64,000 nucleotides of DNA. It comes from Euprymna scolopes (lineage: Eukaryota). Below the pieces are notes generated by a model that did no database searches, was not told where the DNA came from, and saw nothing but the letters and a program-made list of their open reading frames with translations. Position 1 is the first letter of the stretch. Every line of letters begins with the position of its first letter. The DNA is taken from NCBI GenBank assembly GCA_053919585.1, contig CM132800.1, one strand, 5' to 3'. The translations under genes were made by a program, and so were the position numbers. Below, piece after piece: positions 25,027 to 37,619 of the stretch.

Positions 25027-25930
25027 TACAGAGCAGGGCATAAATACTGTGACAAAATAAAACTCAGATTTATCCCAACAAAATAATTTGATAGAAAACC
25101 CAATTATAGAAAACGATTAGCAAATACTGAACGAACAATGTGGCATAAGTATTATTCGAAATAAGTCTTCCTCAAACCTTCATTACACTACGAAGTCTTT
25201 TGGGAAAAGCATCTATAGCAGCACGCAAAACATCTAAAGGTATTTTCTCCCAGCATTTGTTTAATTTTATCTTAAAAGCTTCAATATTTTTACAAGGATT
25301 AGAGCAGGTTTTATTTATAATCAAGAGCATTAAGGCCAAGTGATGAGAGAGGCCATTATTCTTTGTTGATGCAGTATGGACACTTGTCTCTACACCAATG
25401 CTATGTTACATAAGCAGTGTAGCTTGTCTCACCATCTTGTTGGAGAGCCCTGATGTCATCACCATACACAAAATTACGCCATGTAGTCAGTGCACCTTCA
25501 CTAATGTCCTCAATGTAACGTTCTTTGTTAATCTTGCTCCGTTAAGGGAGAAAAACCTTTCTTTCAGCAATAGTTGCCCAGAGCATCACTGATGCCATAT
25601 TCTGCATTCTAGAAATCTTTCCTACATTCCTCACGACTTTCCGCAAGTACTCTATCATTTTGATGATTGTGGGACAGTTGAAGTGAGAATGACTTTTCAT
25701 CCATGAACGTGATGTTATTGAGTATGCCCTCTTTAATACGGTTTGCTGTTCTGATGAGTCCCTTTGTAATTGTGGGTGCAAAGAAAATCTGTCGCTTTTC
25801 GAACTTAATGGGGTGACATCTGTAGTTTACTTCGACATATTCTTTGTATAGTCTTTGATGTTTGTGCTTCCTTTGCCAGTTGTCACGGACCTTTTGGATC
25901 TCACTTGATTTTTTCCTTAACATTTTTGAT
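25027..25930 (-). mobile_element. Decayed mariner-like transposon of the maT (DD37D) family
   Basis: Minus strand ITFMDEKSF..HNHQNDRV, VMLWA, QQDG...WPLSSLGLNALDY with 37 residues between the second and third D, then FPKRL. A TACAG-led TIR-like end lies at 25027. Confidence 0.85.
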
Positions 25931-26022
25931 GAGTTTAGGTGTTCCGGGGGAGCGTGGGCGGCCTAATCTTTGCCTATCTTTTATTGACAAAGTTTCCAGG
26001 TAACGATCGATCGTCCTTTTTT

Positions 26023-26104
26023 ATGAACATTTTTTTTGATTTCGAGGGTTTCCCTAACTTGAACATTTTTTTTGATTTCGAGGGTTTCCCTAACTTGAAC
26101 ATTT
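26023..26104. repeat. 36-bp tandem duplication
   Basis: TGAACATTTTTTTTGATTTCGAGGGTTTCCCTAACT x2. Confidence 0.9.
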
Positions 26105-26339
26105 CTTCTTATGCTGCTCTATGATGAATATTCAATTCAACAAATATTGTTAAAAATTTTCTTTTTTTTTTTAAAAATAAGAAATCATATATTAAATATA
26201 TTACATTATCATATAATGACAATAGGGAAAGGGAATATCAGAAAGATTTAATTGACGACAGGCAACAAATTTTGAAAAATAGCAAATACTAAACTTTTTA
26301 GTCTGTTAAAAATGAGCCCATTGACTTAGAATAAGTGTT

Positions 26340-26585
26340 TTATGCTAAAATTAATGCTTGAATTTGGTTAAATGTATGCTAAAATTAATGCTTGAATTTG
26401 GTTAAATTTATGCTAAAATTAATGCTTGAATTTGGTTAAATTCATGCTAAAATTAATGCTTGAATTTGGTTAAATTTATGCTAAAATTAATGCTTGAATT
26501 TGGTTAAATTTATGCTAAAATTAATGCTTTAATTTGGTTAAATTTATGCTAAAATTAATGCTTGAATTTGGTTAAATTTATGCTC
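26340..26585. repeat. 34-bp minisatellite, ~7 copies
   Basis: Unit TATGCTAAAATTAATGCTTGAATTTGGTTAAATT. Confidence 0.95.
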
Positions 26586-27814
26586 ATTTTGTATTAAATA
26601 CTAATCCCTATTATTACCTATTTATCTCTAACTGTGTATTGAACAGATACAACGCCTTATTATATCAAAGGTCGATACAAAATCTATTGGTTCACCATGT
26701 CCTATCATAACAAAGGTCGATACAAAACTTCAGTTAGATTAGCCCAATAGTTTCTGAGACAAAGTGGAATGGACAGATTGACAAAGAGAAATTTGATATA
26801 GAAACAAGTGTTAGGCTAAAAACTAAAAAAAATCTCTTATATGAGGAGCAGCTCGATAGGCAGGAATAACATTGGCAGTCTGAATTTGTTGCCGGCGGTC
26901 AGGTAATTTTTTTGTCTGAGATTTGATTCCTTGGTGGATAAAGCATTTAATTTACTTTTTTATGAACAGAAGCTAAATTATCTAGCGAGTTTACAAGGCA
27001 AAAACTTTAAGTTCACCGAATATAGTTGGTCAAAGTTAGTGAGATACCTTGGAATGAAATGTCCTAGTTGAGAAGTGGCTCATAAATGAAAATTCTTTTA
27101 ACATCATTCGATCAAAGATCTTTAGAATTTATACAACTTTTAACCCAACCTGTGTGAGCAGTTACTAACACCGTCGATGTCCTACGATAATTTAAGCTTT
27201 GCAACCTTAGACTTTGTGAATCTACAGCATTCTTTAAAAAGGCAAAATATAACTCTTAACTGGTAGTGATTTCCATGAAAGTTGAATCGTAGAAATCGTG
27301 TGTAAACTGGGAGAATAGAGAGAAATGTTTGTCAAAGCAACTATCGTTCTTTGGGTCAAGGTCAAAGTGTAGTATCGTGGGGAGGCATTGTAAATAGGAA
27401 CTATCGTTGGTAAATAGTCCTGAAATTATCTAACGTTGTTCATGCCAATTAAAGCTTTAATCCTTTTCAGACTCTGCTTTAGATTTCAGATTTGATCTTA
27501 TACAATCCTTCCAATGTCCTTCCAGTCATCCACCCCAACTTGCTTGAATTGACAACCCAACCCGATTATTGCTATTTGAGACGAGACCCTAACCATTTTT
27601 GAATCTTGTACTTAAAACTAGTCTGATCACGAGTCAGGTTAGAAGCACTTAGTTTTTTGGATTTTTTTTTTTTTTTTGCTTTTTTCTTGCTTAAAGCTGG
27701 AAGCTTCTGCTTTTTATGATAAACAATTGCTGAACATTGATATTTGTCCTCTTAGGGTCCTTCAATTTCTTTTCCTTTCCTCCTAGAAATTTACTCTTGA
27801 TATTTCTTTTTAAA

Positions 27815-28480
27815 AAAAAGAGTCACCACTTATCAAGGCCCAGAAGCCACTCGAGGATAAAGGTTGATGAAAATAAAAAATGTAGTAATCGTTAGTAGTG
27901 GAAATTTGGTAAATTGGCTCATCAAGAACTTGTTCACGTTAAGAAGTAAATAATAAAATTTAGTAATAGTAGTTTAATAGAAGTTAGTAAAGTTTTTTTT
28001 ACATAGGAGTCACCACTTTATCAAGGCCTAGAGGCCACTCAAGGATAAGGGCTAAAGACTGTACAGCAGTCAATGGGACAATATCGTAGTAATCGTTAGT
28101 AATGGAAATTTTGTAAATTGGATTACTTAAGGGGAAGGGCTTATCAAGAATTTGTTTACATTGAAATTGAAGACGACCATATTATAGTCAGCTGGAAAGC
28201 AGGCAAATGGAAGAGAGTTCCACAGGTGTGCAATTCTAAGAAAGAAGTTTTGTTCATGGAATCTACGTTTAGGCTTGGGTACAGATAAAGAGTGAGGGAA
28301 ATTGTTTATAGTGGTTTCAAGTAGACGAGTGTTTCTCGTGAAAGTTTGGCGAGAGGGGGCCATAGATTGGAGCTCAGACGAGCATTTGCCATGAAAATAA
28401 TGATAAAACAGAGACAGACTCGCAATGTCTCTTCTGTGAAAAAGAAGTTGTAGGGAAGAGAAAAGGGCATCTCCTGCTAC
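27815..28480 (-). mobile_element. CR1-group LINE 3' ends (a short copy at ~27815-27945 and a longer copy at ~28005-28480)
   Basis: ORF 28127-28363 FFLRIAHLWNSLPFACFPADYN..FNVNK. Duplicated tail GAGTCACCACTTATCAAGGCC.AGA.GCCACTC.AGGATAA. Confidence 0.85.
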
Positions 28481-29104
28481 TTAATAAATTCACAGCGTGT
28501 TTCTCAACTAAAATAAGTCCTTTATGACGATGTAACAAAATAAGATTCAACATTTATGATCCCACAAATATTTACATTCAAGAAAATTGATACTTCATGA
28601 ATCTACAGCACCTTTAACCATGTCTAATTATCCCTTTATGATGACACAAATTTTTTCCTTTAATAAAATTGATACTTGATGAATCTACACCAACTACAGT
28701 TATCCCTTTATGGCGATAGAAAGTTTCAAATAAATACTTGATGACTATATATCGCTTTACCCAACTCAAATGAGTCATTTATAACGACACAAAGCCGATT
28801 TATTAAGTAAAATTATGATGACATGAAGCTTTTCTTTAAGTAATATTGACACTTAGTGAATTCATACTTCTTTATCCAAATAATAATCATTCTTTACGAT
28901 ACTCCTTAGATATTTGTTTTAGAAAGATGGAAGTTGTTGAAAAATCATTTATGATAACAGAAAGCTGTTTACATTTAGGTATAATTTATCAAATCCTTAT
29001 CCCTCCAGGTTTTCTTTTGCCTTTTCTTGCAACTGTTCTACATCTATTAACCCGTCCTTTCAACGTAGCTATGTCAGTGAAGTCTCCTGTTCTGTAAACA
29101 CCAC

Positions 29105-30626
29105 TAAAACCTTGTGTATCATATTATTGCAGGTCAATATTTTTTTTTAATTTTGAAATTGCTATGAAAAGCAGAGAAGTGAAATTTTGGTACACTGGAA
29201 GAGCATAACAAGGTGCCTTATTTCCCTGATTTTTTGTGGAATTTGAACAGATATTTTGAAAATGATGCTAGTTTTTCTATTTTCAGGTCATTTTAAGTGT
29301 ATATCACTTAATTGCAGGTCTCCTAAAATGCCTAGACAGAGTCGATTGTCAGCTAGTGAAAAGGAACGTGTTGTTGCAGGTCTTGCAGAAGGTTTATCTC
29401 TCATAGAAGCTCGGAAGACATCAAAGAATATTGTCTTTATTCGTTGAAAATCCAAACATCAAACCAAGGAAGGACAAAAACACAAGAAAGTCAGTTTCTG
29501 TTCGCAATGTTAGAAAAAATTGTCATCAACTTATCAAGCAGCCGAGCAGCAACAGTGCTGCTACTCTTGACAAGGCTGGAATACCTTCCTTGTCCAGAAA
29601 GACATGCTGCAATGTCTTAAACAAAATTGCAAGAAGCCCATAGCAAGACCGGTTTTAAACCAAACTCATGGGAAAAACGTGTGCTTTGGGTTCAGAAATA
29701 TATGAAAACCAGCTTTGTGAAAATGTTCTTTTTACCGATGAGGCCAGAGGAATCCTTAGTACACCAGATGGGTTGGCCTCTTGGACCCCCTACTCCTCAT
29801 CGATTCCATCATCAACAGGGAGGTGGAGGTGTCATGTTTTGGGCTGGAGTAATTTGTGATGAACTAATTCGTATGCGAGAAGGTGTCAAACTGACAAGTC
29901 AGTCTTATATTTTTTTTTTAAATGAGCATTTGTCACCAAAGTTTGGTGCGTCATTGCAAATTGATTGTTATGCACGACAATGCACCATCCCACTTAGCCA
30001 AGGCTACAACCTGCTACCTTAAGTACTTAGGTATTAGTAGAGAAAATTTGATGTCATGGCCACCTTGTTCTTCAAATATAAACCCAATTGAGCAGCTCTG
30101 GTCAATAATAAAGATGAAAGTTTGTGAAGGAAATGTTCAAGTTTTGTCGGACGATGAACTTTCCAAAGAACATTTTGGAAGTTGCCTACAGCATGATATC
30201 ATCTTAAATCTGCCGATTTACATCATCAGTTGACAAGATGCAATTCAAAGTGATTTGGAAGCATGGGAGTTATGTTGATAAATAAATATTCCCTTAAACA
30301 AAATAATGTGAAATTAGTTCTTGTCTTCAGTTAATAGTGTAACTGGATATATTCTTTATTTCATATAAATAGAAATATGAAGTTAGAATATTGTTTTATT
30401 ACCAAAATACACATTTTTAGACCCTTGCAATAAAGACTTAAAATTAACAGAAAATAGAAAACTTAGCATAATTTTCAAAATATTTGTTAAAATTCTACAG
30501 AACTCAGGGAAATAAGGCACTTTGTTATGCTCTTCCAGTGTTCCAAATTTCACTTCTCTGCATTTCATAGTAATTTCAAAATTTAAAAAATATTGACCTG
30601 CAGTAAAGCGATACACAAGGTTTATA
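29105..30626 (+). mobile_element. Full-length decayed Tc1-like transposon, DD37E (TRT-type), ~190-bp TIRs
   Basis: TIRs ~29107-29300 and ~30430-30623 with TA at both ends. Transposase from ATG 29328 has VLFTDE, QQGGGGVMFWAG and MHDNAPSH...NPIE (37 residues D to E). Frameshifted. Confidence 0.92.
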
Positions 30627-31269
30627 ACCGACCAGGTTTAATCATCCTCATACCTTATCAAATCTAAAAACTATCATTACACATCTGTCGCATCATTTTC
30701 ATATCATGTAATACATGTCCTCAATATTCACAGACCAAATTTCACTTTTTCTCTGTACTGGAAATATTTTGGTTCGTTCAACAAAAGATTCATTGGTACT
30801 ATATATTTTGCATTTAGCAAAATCTTTAATGAAGTAATTCACTAAATATATTAATGGATTTCCTTAAAAAAAGTTGTTGAAAAGAAATCTGAAAAATAAA
30901 ATATAAAACAAAATTGCCGCAACCGGAAGTTTACTAAAGTGATGCTAAATGGTTTTTATCCTGGCATTTAGATTTAATAGGCAGTGTCACTTGGTGATAA
31001 CCCGTCTAAATAAAGACACAAGAGGCTGTGAGTTCGAGTTTTACCAGAGGTTATTCTTTCTTTTCTTATTACTTATTTATTTGAATTGTTCGCTTTATTG
31101 GCCGCCATGTTGCAATAGCATTCAGATTTTAATCAACATCAAAACAGAATAAATGTCAACATTAATCAAATTAGTACTTTACAATAGTTGAATAGTTCAA
31201 ATTGCTAAAAAACATTTCAACGATGATTGTTTTCCCTTGTAAGTTATCATAGGTTTTATGACAAAATAT

Positions 31270-31930
31270 CTCCATTTTTATAAAGACAATAGCAGTAATA
31301 GTATTTAGTAAAAGTAGTTTAATATAATTCAGTAATAGCAGTTTAATAGAAATTACTGATAGTGGTTTAATAAAATTTAGTAATGGTATTTTGATAGAAT
31401 TTAGTAACTGCAGTTTAATAGAATTTAGTGACATAAGTTAAATATGATAGAATTAAGTAATAGTAGTTTAATAGAATTTACTAAAGTTGAATAGAATGCA
31501 GTAACAGTATTTTTAATAAAATTTACTAATTATAGTTTGATATAATTCAGTAATAGTGATTTAATAAAATTTAGTAATAGTAGTTTAGTAAAATTTAGTA
31601 AGATATAAGAATTTAGAAATAGTATTTAATAGAATTTAGTCATAGCGGTGACAAAATTTTATTAATTTAGTTGAATAGAAACAGTAGTTTATTAGAATTT
31701 AATAATAGTATCTTAATAAAATTTAGTATAAATAATAGAGTTTAATAGAATTTAGTAATAGGAGTTTAATAGAAGTTAGCAATTTAATAATATAATGTTA
31801 CTATGTGGTATAATAGCAGTTATACCACATAGTAACAGTAGTTAAATAAAATTTAACTTAATAGAATTTATTAACAATACTTTAATAGAATTTGGCAGTA
31901 GTATTTTGATAGAATTTAGTAATAGTAATA
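31270..31930. repeat. Degenerate ~24-bp AT-rich minisatellite
   Basis: Unit AGTTTAATAGAATTTAGTAATAGT. Confidence 0.85.
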
Positions 31931-32124
31931 TATTTTAAATAGAAAATCAATAAATCCAAATTTCGGAATTTACTAAAAATTGCAGTCTTAATTTTTGATG
32001 AATTTCATAGAAAAACTGCAAAAACATTAAACAAAATAAGAATAAATTAATGCGCATTAATATAAAAGGAGACAATACATTTTAACAAAAATGAAATTAT
32101 TTCGAATCTCAGACTATTCTTATC

Positions 32125-32238
32125 ATTAGATTTTATTTTCACAACGTTTCGACCCATATACCTTCCGACCTTCTTCGGATGCATCATATTAAACTCGTGA
32201 ATCTTTTATGTTTAACTTAGAAATTAGAAGATTAAACA

Positions 32239-32304
<66 letters not shown>

Positions 32305-32400
32305 TTTTCAGGCCCACTATAAAAAGCCCTGAGTTCAACAAGAGGTACTTGAAAAAAGGTCGGAGGTTATGCCAGCCGAAACGTTATTAGAAACGTTATT
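32125..32400. mobile_element. Inverted pair of Penelope pseudo-LTR remnants around a (CA)n tract (32242-32301)
   Basis: ACAACGTTTCGACCC..CCTTCCGACCTTCTTCGG (~32141-32178) versus TTGAAAAAAGGTCGGAGG..GCCGAAACGTT (~32349-32385). The same motif occurs at the ends of the element at 37790-39040. Confidence 0.6.
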
Positions 32401-34504
32401 TAACATTTAACACTATTTAATAAAATCTCGAACTTTCCAAATTATCATGTAAAAATTCTGAAATAAAGATTCACTTTTCATAAATATTAAAAGATAATGA
32501 AAGAATGAAACACAACGCAGATGAAAATAAAAGTTTTTCTTTATTCGCTGTATTCGTACCCATACGGAGTAAAGTTCTTTTGCATATAGCATTAACAACT
32601 TTATCGCTAGACGTCTTCAGGTAAAGAAGATGAGGAGAAAATCAGTTTAAGGTGTAATCTTAATATGGCTTTATGCTTGTATACTGTTTTTTCTTATTTT
32701 GATGAACAAAGCAGGAATCCGGTAATTTGGGATGTTGTCTCCTGATGTTTTTTTTATTTATCCAACATTATTAAAACGTCTAAGAAAGTGTTGTTCATGC
32801 CAGTTGAGATTAGGTCATTGACAAGTAGCTAAACAGCGGCTTTTTTACTGAGGTCTGGTCCGGATCAATTCTAGGAAGTTCACCATCTCAGGTGTTACTT
32901 TTTGTGAGAAAGGGTTAGTATATTGCTAATTGCTTAAGGCACACCGAATGAAGAATGTCGACATGACTGCTCAAATTTCTTTGTAGTGATCTACACTCCA
33001 TCACTGGCTGCTAAAAAACAACACTTTTCATTATATCTTACTCTCTGTAGACGAGGTAAATAAATATAAATGAAAATTTAGAAGTAGATCTTTATATGCA
33101 TGTGAAGTCGCCCATTCTATTCAGTAATAAATGGCTTGAAGAGATCGTTTACTTCATTGTGATAAAAATGTGTTAAATGAAGAATCCTAATTTCAGTACT
33201 AACTTTAACCGGAATTTTCAAAGATACAAGGTTAAATAAAATCATTTTCTTTTGAAACTAAAGTCAGTCAATTGTAACAAACAAAAAATTCAAGTTTATA
33301 CGTTTTCTTTCCTTTGCTTTTGAGAAACATGACGACTTTTTTTTATTCAAATCACGACATCATTTCTTTCATAAAATTAGATAATTTTATATTTATTGAG
33401 ATTTTATCTTTTTATGCTTCAATAAGAAACAAACTGTCTCTTAAAAATGTAGTTTAGTATCACTACTTAAATGAAGTTTTAAGCAAATATCTTAACTGAG
33501 TTAAAAAGAAAACGACATTATTTTTGTAAGAGTATGACGGGTTATTCTTTCCATTATAAAATTTTTGATTAAAAGTAAACTAAAGATTGAATTCTGAAAA
33601 CGTAACACAATTGAATATTTCGACAGGTGTGTCCCTAGAAAAATGCATACTCGGATAATTTTTGCAGTTACCAGTTTTTCTTGTCTGAATTATTCTAAGT
33701 ACAGATGATTTTTTACATAGTCCAAGTAGTAAGTCGTTGTTATAAGGTGCATCAGTTTCTAAAATTTCAATGGTTTGTGATATTTTATAATTATAACAAA
33801 AGTATAATATTTTGTATAGTATTTTATATAATGATATGACAATACCAAAACTTTCCCCGATTCTGTTCTAATTTCCCGATTTCGATACAACTAACAATTT
33901 TGATTCTGATTCTTTAAAAATTTCTAAATATTTAATGAGAGATTTAATGCTTTAAAAAATGTTTAAATGATGATACATCCCCCTATAATGGCCGCATATA
34001 TTTTGCAAAAATATAAAAATTTACTTTAAAGGGGGGGGGCGTAGAGTTGATCTTTCTAGATATTTTTCTCAAAATTTTTCCTTGTAATTGATCGAAATTT
34101 GTGAAAAAAAATTTGTTTTTCTTGTAAACCAAGCCGAATTGCAGTTGCTCGTCGTTAATGCTACTTGAAATTTTCATAAACAGTTAAAAAGAATCAATGA
34201 TGCAAAATAAGAAAACAGTGTAGGAACAAAGCCTGTTCCGATGTCAGGAATGAGTTCTTACATAATAATGTTGCTATTTGGAAAACCATTTATAACATGA
34301 GGAGGTGGGACGCTGGTAACTATTCACTGCCTCCTTTCTATGAAAGAATGTTCATATTTTATTTTCTCAAATATAAAGATTCGGTCAGTTATTAGATTGC
34401 TTTGCTTTACTGTAAAAGATGAAAAAAAAAAAATAAAAAAAAAAATAAAAAAATAATAATAATGAGAAGAAGAAGAAGAAGAAGAAGAAGAAGTTGGCTA
34501 ATTT

Positions 34505-35965
34505 AGAATGTAAAAATATGTATCCACGAAGCAGACGTGCCAGAATGGATGACTAAAGGTAAAAACCACAAAGGTGCAAAAAGATGTAGAAAAAAAGGAA
34601 CCATCCCCAGCAACTACAGGACTATAAAATCTTTACCTACAATGTGGAAAATAATAACAGCACAGCCAAGGGAACATTTATCATTCCCTTGCAATCGTGG
34701 ACTTCTCTCCGAGGACTAGAAAGGATAACAAAAATGAAAAAGAGGAACACATGACCTATTATACAAAGACCAAAGGATCCCGAAGGAGATAAAAAGTAGA
34801 AAAAAGAATGTAGCCATTGCATGAATCGACTACAAGAAAGCGTGCGACAGGATCCTGCAAACATGGATAATAAAATACCTGAAAATGTTTTGAAACTAAG
34901 GCAAGATTATCAATTTGATAGAGAATGCAATGAGAACACGAAGACGTGAATTGATATCCCGTGGACAATACATAACTAAGGTTAAAATACAAAGTGGTAT
35001 ATTCCAAGGTGATTCTCTATTACCTTGTTCATCATAGCCATGATGCCTCTTAACAATATACTAAGAAAATTCCAAGCCGAATAAATTTCACTAATACAGA
35101 TGAAAGAATGAACCATCTAATGCACATGGATGACCTGAAACTCTTTGCAAAAATCAAGAGGCAACTAGAGACGCTAATAAACACAACCAGAATCATCAGC
35201 CAAGATATCTAAATGGAATTTAGTATGGAAAAGTGCACACTGCTGATCATGAGAAAGGGAAAACTGGAAGCAACAGAAGACATGGAACTACCCAACCAAA
35301 CGGAGATGAGGGTACCAGGTGAACATGATAGTTACAAATATTTGGGTGTTCTAGACGAAGACACCCTCAAAGCAACACAAAAAAATTGGAAAGGAATACC
35401 TCAGAAGAATAAGAAAACTCCTAGAAACTAAACTATATAGCAGAAATCTAATAAAACGTATAAACACATGACACACATGTCACTAGTAAGATACTTTGGA
35501 CCATTTATACGTTGAAGCAAAGAAAACCAGGAAACTCATGTTTATCCACAATGCAAGGAATGATACTGACCGACTCTATGTGAAAAAGAAAAACAGAAGA
35601 GGGCTGATCTGTATAGAAGACTGTGTAAGCGACACAAGAAAATATAAAAATACACAATCCAGAACATCGAAAAAATAATTACCACAACAAGAGACACTAG
35701 GAAACAAACAAGACAGAGAAGGGAAAGACGAAGGATAAGTTAAAAAAGAAAAATGGGATGAAAAACTGCTACGCGGATGATTCATAAGGATGACAAAAGA
35801 TAAGACTAACGAAAACACTTGGACATGGCTACAAAAAGAAAACCTAAACAGAGAAACTGAATCTCTAATAACAGACGCACAAGATTTTGCCGTTCCAGAA
35901 GATCACAGAGTGAAGATCAAGGAGACTGAGAGGTAGAGCAAATATACAGAACTGGCCAAAGAGTG
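34505..35965 (+). mobile_element. R4/Dong-like non-LTR retrotransposon pseudogene (RT + restriction-like endonuclease remnant), internally deleted
   Basis: PEWMTKGK, PSNYRTIKSLPTMWK, IDYKKACD, GIFQGDSL, NHLMHMDDLKL, YKYLG, TWLQKENLNRETESLI..AQD, DFAVPEDHRVKIKE. Confidence 0.85.
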
Positions 35966-37619
35966 AATTATAATAATGGCAGATTTGTAGGTTAACACCT
36001 TTAACTAATCCACTGCCCCAAAATGCGATTCTACCTTTTTCAAATAATTACGTGGTCGACAGAAAAACAAACAATTATTTTAGAATTTAGAATAAAAAAT
36101 CAGATTCGTAAATAAATTTAATGTAAAATGATCATCAGTTCTAGATGATTCTAGGACATTTTTTCCACTAATCTTATCTAACCTAATCGCTCAAAAATCT
36201 CAAATTAAACTAAATACTCGTCAGATATTACATTTTCGCACGATTGTTGACATTTATTTGATGTGTAAAAACATATTTTGTTTAATTTTCGGTTTTGAGC
36301 CGTTATCCAGGATCCTCATATAAAGCTTATAGGCAACCATTTTTTGTTTTAACTTAACGTTTACTATGTGGACGCTAGGTTTATTTTGAAAAAAAAAATG
36401 CTTTAAAATAAAATTTACACAAATAATCTTATCTACATAGATAGAAGAGTAACATAATCTTGCATTTGGTAACATTTATTTATTGCATATTCGTTTTTGC
36501 ATCACTTTTTTTTCTGATAGTTATAGTAAAAATACTCGAATCTCATTCGATTTTGGGGACGGGGTACATTTAAATGTAGATATAGTTTTTTTTTTCTTCA
36601 ATAAACTGCTGAAGAGTTTTCTTTTATGTACTCTACCAAGATTTTAATAAACTCATTGGGAGATCTTCGTCCATATTTTTCAATTGTGTTCAAAGTAAAA
36701 AAATAAAATAAAACTTGTCCAGGGCATTTTAAATCTCATAATCAATTATGAACTTCCTGACAGGCTGCACAGACACGTTTAGTAAACAGGTGTGAAAAGG
36801 CTTACTCAGGGAATAGATAAGTAAACGCTAGAATGTTTATTTTATTTATCGTAATTGACCAATAAAAATATAAATTAGACAATACAACTATAAATTAGAG
36901 TCAATGCTGAATCTGAGAATGGGATGTGTTACCTGCTACTCTGTGGCCTTTTGTTATCTTGTAAATGAATAGCTTCTAACAAATACTTACGTCCATATTT
37001 GTTTCATCTTTTGTTTGTTTTTGTCAAAAACATAAAGGAAGCGTCTTTGGAATCGGAAATTAGGCTCAAATTTTCCCGATTCCGATACCAGTTCCGATAT
37101 CACAAACGCTTCTTCTTTTCCCCGATTCCAGATTTCGATTAATCGCCTCAATACTAGTATTTTTTAATTATCTCTTTATGTATAGGAGTTCGTTTTGTAT
37201 TAAAAATAAAAGAAAGAGATGATGAGAATAGTAGACGATTTTGATCTTATAATCAATTAAATCTCTATTTGTTTCATGTTTTTTAATGGACATTTCCAAA
37301 ATTCTCTTTTAATTATTGTAAGAAGGATAAGATTATGGCCATAGTTTATTGCCTTCAATATACATTATCATAAAAAGTATTCATTCCACCTCTTATAATT
37401 CTATGAAAGATTTTCAAAATAAAAGCACTTTTGTTAGCAATTAACACCTCTTAAGGAAATGAATAAAATGTTACAAAATTATTGAAATATGTAAAATAAA
37501 ACTGTTTAGTGTTAAAAAAATAAGATCTATTATAAAAAAAAATGTTTATTAAGTGTGGCCATTGTTTCTCGTTTATTCTTTTATTGGGATAGTAATTGAG
37601 TTCACGTGTTTTTTTTTAT

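Noticed and set aside
26340-26585. CRISPR-like 34-bp repeats (also the 26-bp and 39-bp arrays)
   Set aside because: Units are contiguous with no unique spacers, there are no cas genes, and the context is eukaryotic.
36001-36573. Possible TTAA-flanked (Kolobok-like) MITE
   Set aside because: The inverted match is limited to TTAA..CCCCAAAAT, too weak to call.
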